64,000 nt of DNA from Candidatus Poribacteria bacterium. Lineage in GTDB: Bacteria; Poribacteria; WGA-4E; PCPOR2b. The stretch spans positions 1,184,001 to 1,248,000 of the forward strand of contig OZ244042.1 of the NCBI GenBank assembly GCA_965215015.1. Reading direction: 5' to 3'. Under the pieces are notes generated by a model. The model saw only the letters and a program-made list of their open reading frames with translations, made no database searches and was not told where the DNA came from. A program made the translations under genes and the position numbers. Of this stretch, positions 19,878 through 28,601 are shown one piece after another (position 1 is the first letter of the stretch; each line of letters opens with the position of its first letter).

Positions 19878-20840
19878 TTACTTCCAGACCAGCAAGACCG
19901 CTAGGGCCTCACCCGGCGTATTCCACAAGAAATCAAACGCCTCCTTTGCCTGTGCATACGGAAAGCGACGGGTGATCATCCGATCGGTTTGGATCTTTCC
20001 GGTCCGAATCTGCTCCAATGCTCGAAACGCTGTTTGGGAAAGTGGCTCGTCCATGAGGATACCTGCTACAAGCTGCTTACTCATAATCTTCGATGAATGC
20101 AACGGCAACGGTTCACCCTGATATAACGCGATTAGCTGAAGGGTGCCTCCTCTACGCACCATATCCTGTGCCTGATCAAACGATTTAACACCCGCATGTC
20201 CACCAACACAGTCAACGACGAGATCCGCACCTTTCCGATCGGTCAAACGATGCACCGCCTCAACAGGGTCCTCCGCCGAAGCATCAATGACCACATCCGC
20301 CCCCAGTTCCTTTGAGAGCTGACAGCGCAACGGCAGCGCATCAACCGTGATGATTCTGGCTGGTTCATATCCCCGCAAAATCTGCAGCATCAAGCTGCCC
20401 ACTACGCCCTGCCCAAGAATGACAATCGTATCTCCTGCCTGTGCTCCTGACGACGCCGCCCACGCCGTTGCTTCCGTCGAAAGGAGGAGGAACGTCCCCG
20501 CCTCGAAGGAAACATCATCCGGGAGTCGGACTAAATGCCCCCGCGTCGAGTCCACATCGCCAACCGCATATTGGGCGTGTGGAGCAGCGACCATCACCCG
20601 TTGTCCAATTTGATACTCGGTGACATCAGCACCGACCTCCTCGACGGTGCCCGTGAGGGAATACCCCATTATTGAATGTGGAAGTGCTTCTTCACTGATA
20701 TAACGACGGAACAGTTCAGAACCGCGGCTAATCAACGTCCTCTCCGTCCGTACCAAAACTTGACGGTTGTTGATTTCAGGGATGGGTGCATCTTCCAACT
20801 GAATATTTCCGAACCCTTCTGGCTTAACCACACGAATCAT
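19878..20840 (-). CDS. MDR/zinc-binding dehydrogenase family protein
   Basis: TLISRGSE, GYSLTGTV, GQGVVG Rossmann motif. Confidence 0.87.
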   Translation of the reverse strand: MIRVVKPEGFGNIQLEDAPIPEINNRQVLVRTERTLISRGSELFRRYISEEALPHSIMGYSLTGTVEEVGADVTEYQIGQRVMVAAPHAQYAVGDVDSTRGHLVRLPDDVSFEAGTFLLLSTEATAWAASSGAQAGDTIVILGQGVVGSLMLQILRGYEPARIITVDALPLRCQLSKELGADVVIDASAEDPVEAVHRLTDRKGADLVVDCVGGHAGVKSFDQAQDMVRRGGTLQLIALYQGEPLPLHSSKIMSKQLVAGILMDEPLSQTAFRALEQIRTGKIQTDRMITRRFPYAQAKEAFDFLWNTPGEALAVLLVWK

Positions 20841-20862
20841 CGATATTAGCTCCTGTCATCGA

Positions 20863-21261
20863 TTAGGTGATGAACCTTCCAATATCAAGGACCGTTGCAT
20901 ACACCATGAGTCCAGGGATAAACAGCCAACCTGCGACTCCCAAAGGTACATGAAGTCGGGCTAATTTGGGATGCAATTTCTCCAGTACATGTAGGCAGAT
21001 TTTGCCACCATCTAACGGCGGAATAGGCAACAGGTTGAGAATTGCAAGTTTCCTGCCCTTAACTCCCCAGAATTTAGGACCGAAACCGATTGAAAATCGG
21101 GCGATGGGTATCTTCACCCATCGTGCAGCAAGAAAGTGACCGAGTTCATGTACAAGTATCAGAAGGCCAACTAACCAGCCTACGATGAGATAGTTAACGA
21201 TAAAGGTCTGAACGAATGTGGGTTCTCCCCCTTCGCACGCTCTAGCATCGGTAGGATTCAT
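20863..21261 (-). pseudogene. Internally deleted or minimal M50 site-2 protease (RseP-like)
   Basis: HELGH..FSIGFGP joined almost directly to NLLPIPPLDGG; central region missing; start uncertain. Confidence 0.65.
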
Positions 21262-21269
21262 ATTGATTT

Positions 21270-22673
21270 CTATCCAAGCGGATCAATACCTCGATATGAC
21301 TGGTCAAGGAGTTCGATTGGGTGCATCACCTTCATGGGCAATTCATTTGCTTTAACACCGAGTTGAATCTGTAGAATACAACCGGGGTTTCCTGTCGCAA
21401 CGATTTCGGCATCTGTCTCAGCGATGTGCTTTATCTTGCGCTCCAGAATTTCACGCGACATCTCCGGCTGCGTAATATTGTAGATACCCGCACTGCCACA
21501 ACACCATTCCGATTCAGTCAGTTCAATGAGCTCCAACCCCGGAATCGATTGGAGAACTGTGCGGGGTTGGGATTGGACCTTTTGCCCATGAACGAGGTGG
21601 CACGGTTCATCATACGTCACACGCCGCTTAATCTCTCCTTCGGGGGGTATCATTTCAATCTCCGCGAGGAACTCGCTGACGTCCCGCATCTTGCTGCCAA
21701 ATACTTTTGCCCTTTCCGAATAGACCGGATCGTATTCCATCAAGGCTTCGTACTCTTTCAGGGTCGCCCCACAACCCGCAGAGTTAATGATAATCACCTC
21801 CACATCTGCGGCTTCAAAGACATCAATATTGTTTCGAGCAAGTTCTAACGCCGTGTCTCGGACACCGTTATGGACATGCAATGCACCACAACACATCTGC
21901 TGTGTCGGTGTGATTACATCGCAGCCGTTTTCTGTCAAGACCCGAATCGTTGCTAAATTGGTCTCAGTGAACACCTGATTCATCACACAGCCCGAGATAA
22001 ATCCAACCCGATGCTTTGCCTTCCCTTTGGCAGGGGTAAATTCCCGTATGTTGTGTTTGAGCGACGGATTGGGAATGTCAGGCAGCAGTGATTCCATCTC
22101 TCCCAACTTTCCCATCAGCTTGAGAATCCCCAATTTTTGCACCAACCAGCGAATCCCAAGGCGTTGATACAGCCACATCAGTTCAAAGATAAAGTCTAAG
22201 CGATCTCTGTTGGGTAAGAGCTCCTTAAAGGCCAAATGCCTCCAAAACCGTTGTTCGGTTGGACGCTCAGCGTTCAATTCATAGATTGCGCGGGCTTCTT
22301 CGATAACCTCGCCAAAATGTACGCCAGAAGGACATGCTGTTTCACAGGCGCGACAATCCAGACAGCGGTAGATGTATTTTACCCAATCGTCGTTGATCGG
22401 CATCGGGTTCTTATCCCTGAATGCCGCCCCCATCAGATAGAGCCTTCCACGCGGCGAATCCGTCTCCAGTCCTAACTCGCGGTAAGTCGGACAGGTCGGC
22501 AGGCATAGCCCACAATGGGTACAAGCGTCCCATTTGTTCCAGCTAAAAAGTTCAGACCCGATAAGAGGGTTAGTCTGTGGATCTGGTTGAGTTTGTGGCT
22601 GTTGCATTTTTTTAAGGATTCTCGTTTCTTTTGCTTCAGCGGCATTTTTAATTGCGCCAACCTTCTCTGCCAT
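21270..22673 (-). CDS. glcF: Glycolate oxidase Fe-S subunit-like (2x[4Fe-4S] + CCG domains)
   Basis: CTHCGLCLPTCP, SPRGR, CLDCRACETACP, CCGA and CCGSAG motifs. Confidence 0.88.
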   Translation of the reverse strand: MAEKVGAIKNAAEAKETRILKKMQQPQTQPDPQTNPLIGSELFSWNKWDACTHCGLCLPTCPTYRELGLETDSPRGRLYLMGAAFRDKNPMPINDDWVKYIYRCLDCRACETACPSGVHFGEVIEEARAIYELNAERPTEQRFWRHLAFKELLPNRDRLDFIFELMWLYQRLGIRWLVQKLGILKLMGKLGEMESLLPDIPNPSLKHNIREFTPAKGKAKHRVGFISGCVMNQVFTETNLATIRVLTENGCDVITPTQQMCCGALHVHNGVRDTALELARNNIDVFEAADVEVIIINSAGCGATLKEYEALMEYDPVYSERAKVFGSKMRDVSEFLAEIEMIPPEGEIKRRVTYDEPCHLVHGQKVQSQPRTVLQSIPGLELIELTESEWCCGSAGIYNITQPEMSREILERKIKHIAETDAEIVATGNPGCILQIQLGVKANELPMKVMHPIELLDQSYRGIDPLG

Positions 22674-22924
22674 ACAATCTTGTGTATAGGCGTAGGTGAT
22701 AAAACGGTGTATCAACCAATGGTGCTAGCTTGCAACCCAAAACGCCCTCCGGTCAAAGACCGAATGTGAAACGTGATACGTAAATGGTCAGGGAGTGCTA
22801 TGGGTTCATTGGTACATTAATGAACCAATGGACTCTTGAACAAAGTGGAGAGGCAGTATATATTTTTGCGGATTACAAGTTGTCGGTCAATTCACAATGA
22901 GAGGTTGCGGACTACCAACACCTT

Positions 22925-23776
22925 CTAATGAGCTACTAATTTTGAAATATTCAGTAATCCTTCATTCAAACTCCCCGATCTATATCCCTGTAAATCAAGG
23001 GCAACATGCTCATATCCAAGCGATTTAAATTTTTCGTTGATTTGGGTGCGGATGGATTTCGCAGCGACGAACTCAATCTCTTGCGGATCAACCTCAATGC
23101 GTGCGAGCGTATCATGATGGCGGACGCGGAATTGACGAATCCCTAAATCGAACAAAAACTGCTCCGCCCGGTCAACGAGGCGTAGGTTTTCGCGGGTAAT
23201 CCGTGTACCGTAAGGAAAACGGGAGGAGAGGCAGGCAAAGGCGGGTTTGTCCCACGTCGGCAGCCTCCAACGTTTTGAAACTTCGCGGATCTCCGCCTTT
23301 GTCAAGTTCACATCGATGAGCGGTGCCTGAATACCCATCTGTTTGGCGGCATCCATACCAGGACGGTGATCACCCACATCGTCAGGAATAGCCCCGTAGA
23401 CGGTCGTGCCAATCTTATACTGTTCAGCAATCGGACGAATCTGTTCAAAGAGTTCGGTTTTGCAGAAATAGCAGCGATTGGTCGGGTTGCTCGCGTACCC
23501 CTCGGTTTCCAATTCGTCGGTGTTTATTGTTTCATAGCGGATGCGAATCTGTTTGGCGATGTCCTGTGCTGCTTTCATTTCGCGCTCCGGGTAGGAGTCA
23601 GAAACCGCTGTCACAGCAAGGGCATTGTTTCCCAACGCCCGTTTTGCAGCTTCCGCCAGAAAGGTGCTGTCTACTCCACCAGAGAATGCGACAATGACTT
23701 TTCCGTAGGATTTTAAGAGCCGATCGAGCTGATCTAGCTTCTGATCAATATCTGGATATTTTTCTTTTTCCGACAT
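22925..23776 (-). CDS. larE: ATP-dependent sulfur transferase, LarE family
   Basis: SGGVDS PP-loop, RCYFCK, DHRPG, ACLSSRFPYG and GYRSGSLN motifs. Confidence 0.93.
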   Translation of the reverse strand: MSEKEKYPDIDQKLDQLDRLLKSYGKVIVAFSGGVDSTFLAEAAKRALGNNALAVTAVSDSYPEREMKAAQDIAKQIRIRYETINTDELETEGYASNPTNRCYFCKTELFEQIRPIAEQYKIGTTVYGAIPDDVGDHRPGMDAAKQMGIQAPLIDVNLTKAEIREVSKRWRLPTWDKPAFACLSSRFPYGTRITRENLRLVDRAEQFLFDLGIRQFRVRHHDTLARIEVDPQEIEFVAAKSIRTQINEKFKSLGYEHVALDLQGYRSGSLNEGLLNISKLVAH

Positions 23777-23794
23777 CTATTTGACCTTTCTGAT

Positions 23795-24400
23795 TTACTG
23801 TTGTGCCTGCTGTTGAAGCTTTCTTAGTTTTCCACGGAGGAGTTGTCGCTTCAAACCCCTAATGTAATCGATGAACAATATACCATTGAGATGATCAATT
23901 TCATGCTGTAGCGCGCGCGAGAGCACGTCCTCCGCTTCGACACGGAGGGGCTCACCGTCAATATTTTGCGCCGTCACTACCACCTTCGCCGCCCGCTTAA
24001 CTTCGACGGTGATACCGGGGAAACTCAAGCACCCTTCCTCCTCAATGAGTTTACCCGCTAGGCTTTGAATTTTCGGGTTAAACAGCGCTAGTGGGGACGC
24101 TTCTGGATTATCTCGGTCCACATCAATTACAATCAGACGCTTCAAAACCCCAACCTGTGGTGCTGCCAACCCCACTCCGATCGGGGACGCATACATCGTG
24201 GCTAGCATATCCGCTGCAAGTTTCCGTTCAACATCTGTGATTTCCTGAACAGGGAGTGCTTTCTCCCGAAGTACCGGATCGTTATAGAGTCGAATACGGA
24301 AGGGTGCCTCGGTACAGCCATGAGGAAGCATATCCACAGGCACCGACCTAGCAACCTTTGGTGATGATGCTGTCCGTTTTCTGTGCTTGCGTCTTGCCAT
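23795..24400 (-). CDS. def: Peptide deformylase
   Basis: GVGLAAPQ, EGCLS and QHEIDHLNG motifs. Confidence 0.96.
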   Translation of the reverse strand: MARRKHRKRTASSPKVARSVPVDMLPHGCTEAPFRIRLYNDPVLREKALPVQEITDVERKLAADMLATMYASPIGVGLAAPQVGVLKRLIVIDVDRDNPEASPLALFNPKIQSLAGKLIEEEGCLSFPGITVEVKRAAKVVVTAQNIDGEPLRVEAEDVLSRALQHEIDHLNGILFIDYIRGLKRQLLRGKLRKLQQQAQQ

Positions 24401-24570
24401 TTCCGAGTCGTGGAGTCCTCCTATCCCAATCAAAGATTCTGAGATTTTATCAAAAATCCTTTAGGTGTGGGAGTATGTCAAAATCATATCACCCGGAGAA
24501 AGGTTGGTCAAGCAAAAACGGGAGATACAGGAATGTGATGACATCATCAACCGTCCCAGTAAAGTCAGTT

Positions 24571-25524
24571 TCAACCTTGCTTGACTAACTTCTGAAGGGA
24601 GCGAAGTTCTCTGGGCGGATCCATCTGGCTGCCATAGTCACTCCAGGAGACCTCAGCAACGTAGATATTTCCCTTAGAGTCAACGGCGATTCCGTGGGGT
24701 GAGTAGAATCGTCCGGGCTCATCGCCGTAGGATTGATCGCTCAGTTGCGCCAATATGCGCCCCTTGGTGTCCATGATGCTGACGCGGGGTCCCAGACAAG
24801 TGCCCATTGCATTTGACGCAATGCCACCGAAGTACTCACCCACGTAAACTAACGGTTCATCTCTGGTGTCCAGACAGATACAAGCAGCCCTGGATAGGTT
24901 TAACCACTGCGTTTCATACTTCCCGTCAGGAGAGAATACCTGCACCCGATGATTCTCACGGTCAGCAATGTATACCCAGCCATCTTTATCGGTGGTGATA
25001 TTATGGACGATGTTGAATTGTCCCTCAGCCGTGCCTGACTCGCCCCAAGAGAACAAAAAGCGTCCATCGGGCGTAAATTTGTGGACCCGTGCGTTGCTGT
25101 ATCCATCAGCCACATACAGGTCACCGCTACGCGGATCAATTGCCAAATGCGTTGGAAGGTTAAAGGGTTCGCCGCTCATAGGGGAGGAAGGTTGATTGGG
25201 TTGACCGAGAGTCATCAACAATTTCCCATCCGGTGTAAACTGACGAACGGTGTGGTCTCCATTATCTACGCAATAGACCGAACCGTCGGGCCCAATGGTT
25301 ACACCGTGTGGATTGGCGAATATGCCATCCCCCCATGTCCGAAGTACATCACCCTCAGAGTTGAAAATAACCATCGGATGTGTTCCACGATTAAAGACAT
25401 AAACATTATCCTCCACATCAACAGCAACGGCAGTAGCTTCTTTGTAAGTCCAATCTTCGGGTATATTGCCCCAGTCTTCTCCCGATACTTGATATGTAAA
25501 ATCTCCAGTCCCTAAAGTAACCAT
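24571..25524 (-). CDS. NHL-repeat beta-propeller protein (PAL-like)
   Basis: Repeated PHG...D..G..YVAD..N.R units. Confidence 0.88.
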   Translation of the reverse strand: MVTLGTGDFTYQVSGEDWGNIPEDWTYKEATAVAVDVEDNVYVFNRGTHPMVIFNSEGDVLRTWGDGIFANPHGVTIGPDGSVYCVDNGDHTVRQFTPDGKLLMTLGQPNQPSSPMSGEPFNLPTHLAIDPRSGDLYVADGYSNARVHKFTPDGRFLFSWGESGTAEGQFNIVHNITTDKDGWVYIADRENHRVQVFSPDGKYETQWLNLSRAACICLDTRDEPLVYVGEYFGGIASNAMGTCLGPRVSIMDTKGRILAQLSDQSYGDEPGRFYSPHGIAVDSKGNIYVAEVSWSDYGSQMDPPRELRSLQKLVKQG

Positions 25525-25715
25525 TTTTTCCCTCCAATAGTATGAAAGCCCAAATTGCTATGTATTGAAATTCCATTTGGAGCGCAATTGGATTGATTAT
25601 AACACACCTATCGCAACGATGTGAAGATCAAAATGGTTGATGACCATTGACAGGGTAGTTTGAATATGTTACCATGCGCGCCAAATTATCTTTAGTGGAG
25701 CCATGAAATCTGCCA

Positions 25716-26744
25716 ATGCAAGAGGTATACGCGCTGTTTTTGAACACAGTTATCAACGGTGCTCTTGCCCTTTGGGTATACAAGGATAGTAGACTGCAAG
25801 AGCGATCTGGGTTTTGGGCTTTGGGGACTTTTTTTTTCCCGTACGCATGTTTCCCACTTTACTTTTGGAATCAGATGCCCGAACTCATCTGGATTTGCCC
25901 TAAATGTCAACGCGATAACCGGGCATGGTCGCGTAAATGTGAACGCTGCGATCAATTTTACACAGCGGAAGAAACAGTTGCAAGACTGCACGGCTATCTG
26001 AATCCATCAGATCCGGTAGTCATTTTCCTAGTAACCTTTTTATTTCAAGAGGTCGCGCGTTATGTCGCAATGTTAGCGGCGGAAGGGGTTGAAGGCCTTA
26101 TATCAACAAACTTAGCTGCGTATATGCTCCCAGCTTCCCACTTTTGGATCGTTAAGCTAGTCATTGGAAATGTGCTAATTTGGCTATCTCTTTTCTGCAT
26201 AACTGGGCGTTATCGCAGAAATGTGAGATCTCTTGGGTTGGGATACAGCGGCAACCGTGCCGACTTTGGACTGCCTCTATTGCTCGCACCCGCTTTAGCC
26301 TTTGTTTCGGTAGGTTTTCGGCAAGGGATAGATTGGTTCAGCGGACACATCCCCCTGGAAGGACTAGAGAACTTAGCTCAATGGGAGCAGCAGCAATGGT
26401 CGAACAGTATGCCAGAAAACTTCGGAGATAGTACAATAATCCTCCTCGGTTTTGTGATGTTAATTCTAATGCCAGTAGGGGAGGAGATTCTATTTCGGGG
26501 AATTGCGTATATCGGTCTCGCCGGTCGATTTGGTCAACCCAAAGGAATACTACTCAGTGCCCTCCTTTTTGCGGTGCTCCATGGATACATCCGTGCTTTC
26601 ATGCCGTTGGTTTTGGGAGGGATTCCAATATTTATCATGGGGCTTGCCCTCGCGTGGCTATACATTCGGACGAAATCGTTAATCCCGTGCATAATCACGC
26701 ATAGCTTGGTAAACTTGATTTTAATCCTGATTCACTGGATGTAA
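25716..26744 (+). CDS. CPBP (CAAX/Abi) intramembrane metalloprotease with an N-terminal RanBP2-type zinc finger
   Basis: EEILFRG, FAVLH and HSLVN motifs; WICPKCQRDNRAWSRKCERC. Confidence 0.87.
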   Translation: MQEVYALFLNTVINGALALWVYKDSRLQERSGFWALGTFFFPYACFPLYFWNQMPELIWICPKCQRDNRAWSRKCERCDQFYTAEETVARLHGYLNPSDPVVIFLVTFLFQEVARYVAMLAAEGVEGLISTNLAAYMLPASHFWIVKLVIGNVLIWLSLFCITGRYRRNVRSLGLGYSGNRADFGLPLLLAPALAFVSVGFRQGIDWFSGHIPLEGLENLAQWEQQQWSNSMPENFGDSTIILLGFVMLILMPVGEEILFRGIAYIGLAGRFGQPKGILLSALLFAVLHGYIRAFMPLVLGGIPIFIMGLALAWLYIRTKSLIPCIITHSLVNLILILIHWM

Positions 26745-26777
26745 GGGTTAAATTGCTACAATTGGAGCCCCCTCACT

Positions 26778-27842
26778 CTAATCCCCAGCCGGATAAGCCC
26801 CTAAGATTTTCACTAGTACGCAAAACTCTTCAATTTCTGTAAGTGCTTTTCGGACATTTTCATCCTCCGCGTGCCCCTCCAAATCTACAAAGAAAACATA
26901 CTCCCACGCTTTGGTACGAGAGGGCAGGGATTCAATCTTGCTCATATTAATTGCATAGTTTTTCAAAACCTGCAACACCTCCCATAATGCGCCAACCTTA
27001 TCCTTAACCGCGAAAAGGATAGATGTTCGGTCGTTTCCAGTTCGTGCCGCCGAGTGACTCCCAATAACAAGGAAGCGCGTCGTGTTATTTGGTCCATCCA
27101 TGATCGATTCCCCCACTACAGACAGCCCATAAATCTCGCCGGCGAGTTGACCCGCTATTGCTGCCGTATTTGGCTCACTGGCTGCCAGTTCCGCCGCTTC
27201 TGATGTGCTGGGAACCTCAATCTGTTGTACACCTGATATATTTTGACCGATCCATTGACGACATTGGGCGAAAGCCTGCGGATGGGAATAAATCTTTTGA
27301 ATCTGGGCGAGGGGGGATTTTGAGAGGAGATGCTGCTCGATCGGCAAGAAGCACTCCCCGCAAATTTGAAGGGATGTGTACTGAAACATCTCTAAAACAT
27401 CACGGACCGTTCCATACGTAGAATTTTCGATCGCGACAACACCATAATCCGCTTGACCGGATTCCACAGTCGCAAAGATGTCGGGTTGGGGCGTCACCGC
27501 GATAAACTTGACTGACTGGCCAAAGAGGTGCGAACCCACCGTGTGACCAAAACTACCAACGGGACCGAGGAAGGCAATGGATAGCGGCCTTTCGAGCGCA
27601 CGACAGGCAGAGATAATCTCAGTATAAATAGTGCGTAGGGCGTCGGCAGGGAATTGCCCTCGGTTCTGCATTTCCAACCGAGAGAGAATTTCCCGCTCTC
27701 GATGCGGCGCATAAATCTGTTCAACGCCGGTGCGCGATTTCAGCTCACCGACACGTTTGACAATAGTCGCCCGTTCCTGTAAAAGGGCTAAAATCTGGTC
27801 ATCAATCTGATCTAGCAGATTGCGGTAGTCTTTTAATTTCAT
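26778..27842 (-). CDS. pheA: Chorismate mutase/prephenate dehydratase (P-protein)
   Basis: N-terminal CM domain, IENSTYG, SHPQAFAQC, NTTRF, ACT domain. Confidence 0.96.
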   Translation of the reverse strand: MKLKDYRNLLDQIDDQILALLQERATIVKRVGELKSRTGVEQIYAPHREREILSRLEMQNRGQFPADALRTIYTEIISACRALERPLSIAFLGPVGSFGHTVGSHLFGQSVKFIAVTPQPDIFATVESGQADYGVVAIENSTYGTVRDVLEMFQYTSLQICGECFLPIEQHLLSKSPLAQIQKIYSHPQAFAQCRQWIGQNISGVQQIEVPSTSEAAELAASEPNTAAIAGQLAGEIYGLSVVGESIMDGPNNTTRFLVIGSHSAARTGNDRTSILFAVKDKVGALWEVLQVLKNYAINMSKIESLPSRTKAWEYVFFVDLEGHAEDENVRKALTEIEEFCVLVKILGAYPAGD

Positions 27843-27874
27843 AATAGCTGCGTCAAACGCTATCTCCTAATCCG

Positions 27875-28040
27875 TATTCCCTACAAGAAAGTGTGGACGC
27901 TCTCCTGTTTCGGTATTCCAGATACGGATTTTGATCCCAACTCCGACCGACGAGTATGCGACCCTCCGGACCAAAAACGATGCTCAAGACATGGCTCTCA
28001 TGCCCGGTGAGCACTCTGATTTCCTCGCCTGTTTTAACGT
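27875..28040 (-). pseudogene. WD40-repeat gene fragment
   Basis: Minus strand: NVKTGEEIRVLTGHESHVLSIVFGPEGRILVGRSWD, frameshift, KIRIWNTETGE. Confidence 0.65.
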
Positions 28041-28235
28041 TCGACAGGCGGGTTATCTTGTGCAGCTATTTGATAGAAATAGTGCAGAGATTAGCAATAA
28101 AATGAGGCTAAGAAACATCGTCTTTTGCATTGAGATTAATTTTCCGTTAGGAATCGGAGCAGGTTGAGCGCAGCGAAATCCCGATGTCTCGGGAGAGATT
28201 GCTGCCCGCTCCCCTGCTCGCCGTTTCAATACTTA

Positions 28236-28478
28236 TCAATTGAGCTTCTGCATCGCGGCAATCATATCGTCGTCTGACGGATTGCTTTTCACCATCTCAA
28301 CAAACTCGTCAGCGTCTAGCTTGTGTTCCTCCAGGAACTTTTTGTCCTGCGGTCACGGATAGATGTATTCACCGATAGTACCGTTCAATTTGGCACGCGC
28401 CTTATCTGTAACCCGCGCCAACCACCAGTACCCGCCAATGAGCATATCTCGATGACGTGGTTTCCAATCGAGTCCCAT
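28236..28478 (-). CDS. DUF5069-like protein, candidate selenoprotein (UGA at codon 42), 80 aa
   Basis: AAGGAGGTGA RBS; MGLDWKPRHRDMLIGGYWWLARVTDKARAKLNGTIGEYIYP-TGA-PQDKKFLEEHKLDADEFVEMVKSNPSDDDMIAAMQKLN-TGA TAA; GTTCC-TGGA-GGAAC hairpin downstream of the UGA. Confidence 0.75.
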
Positions 28479-28601
28479 GTAATTCACCTCCTTTACGTCA
28501 GTCTCAAACCCAGAAGCCGAACTCCTAAAAGACAGGATAACGGAGATACCAACGATACACCCGTCTCATTTTCACGTCTACTCGTCCTCTCGTTTTCAGG
28601 C

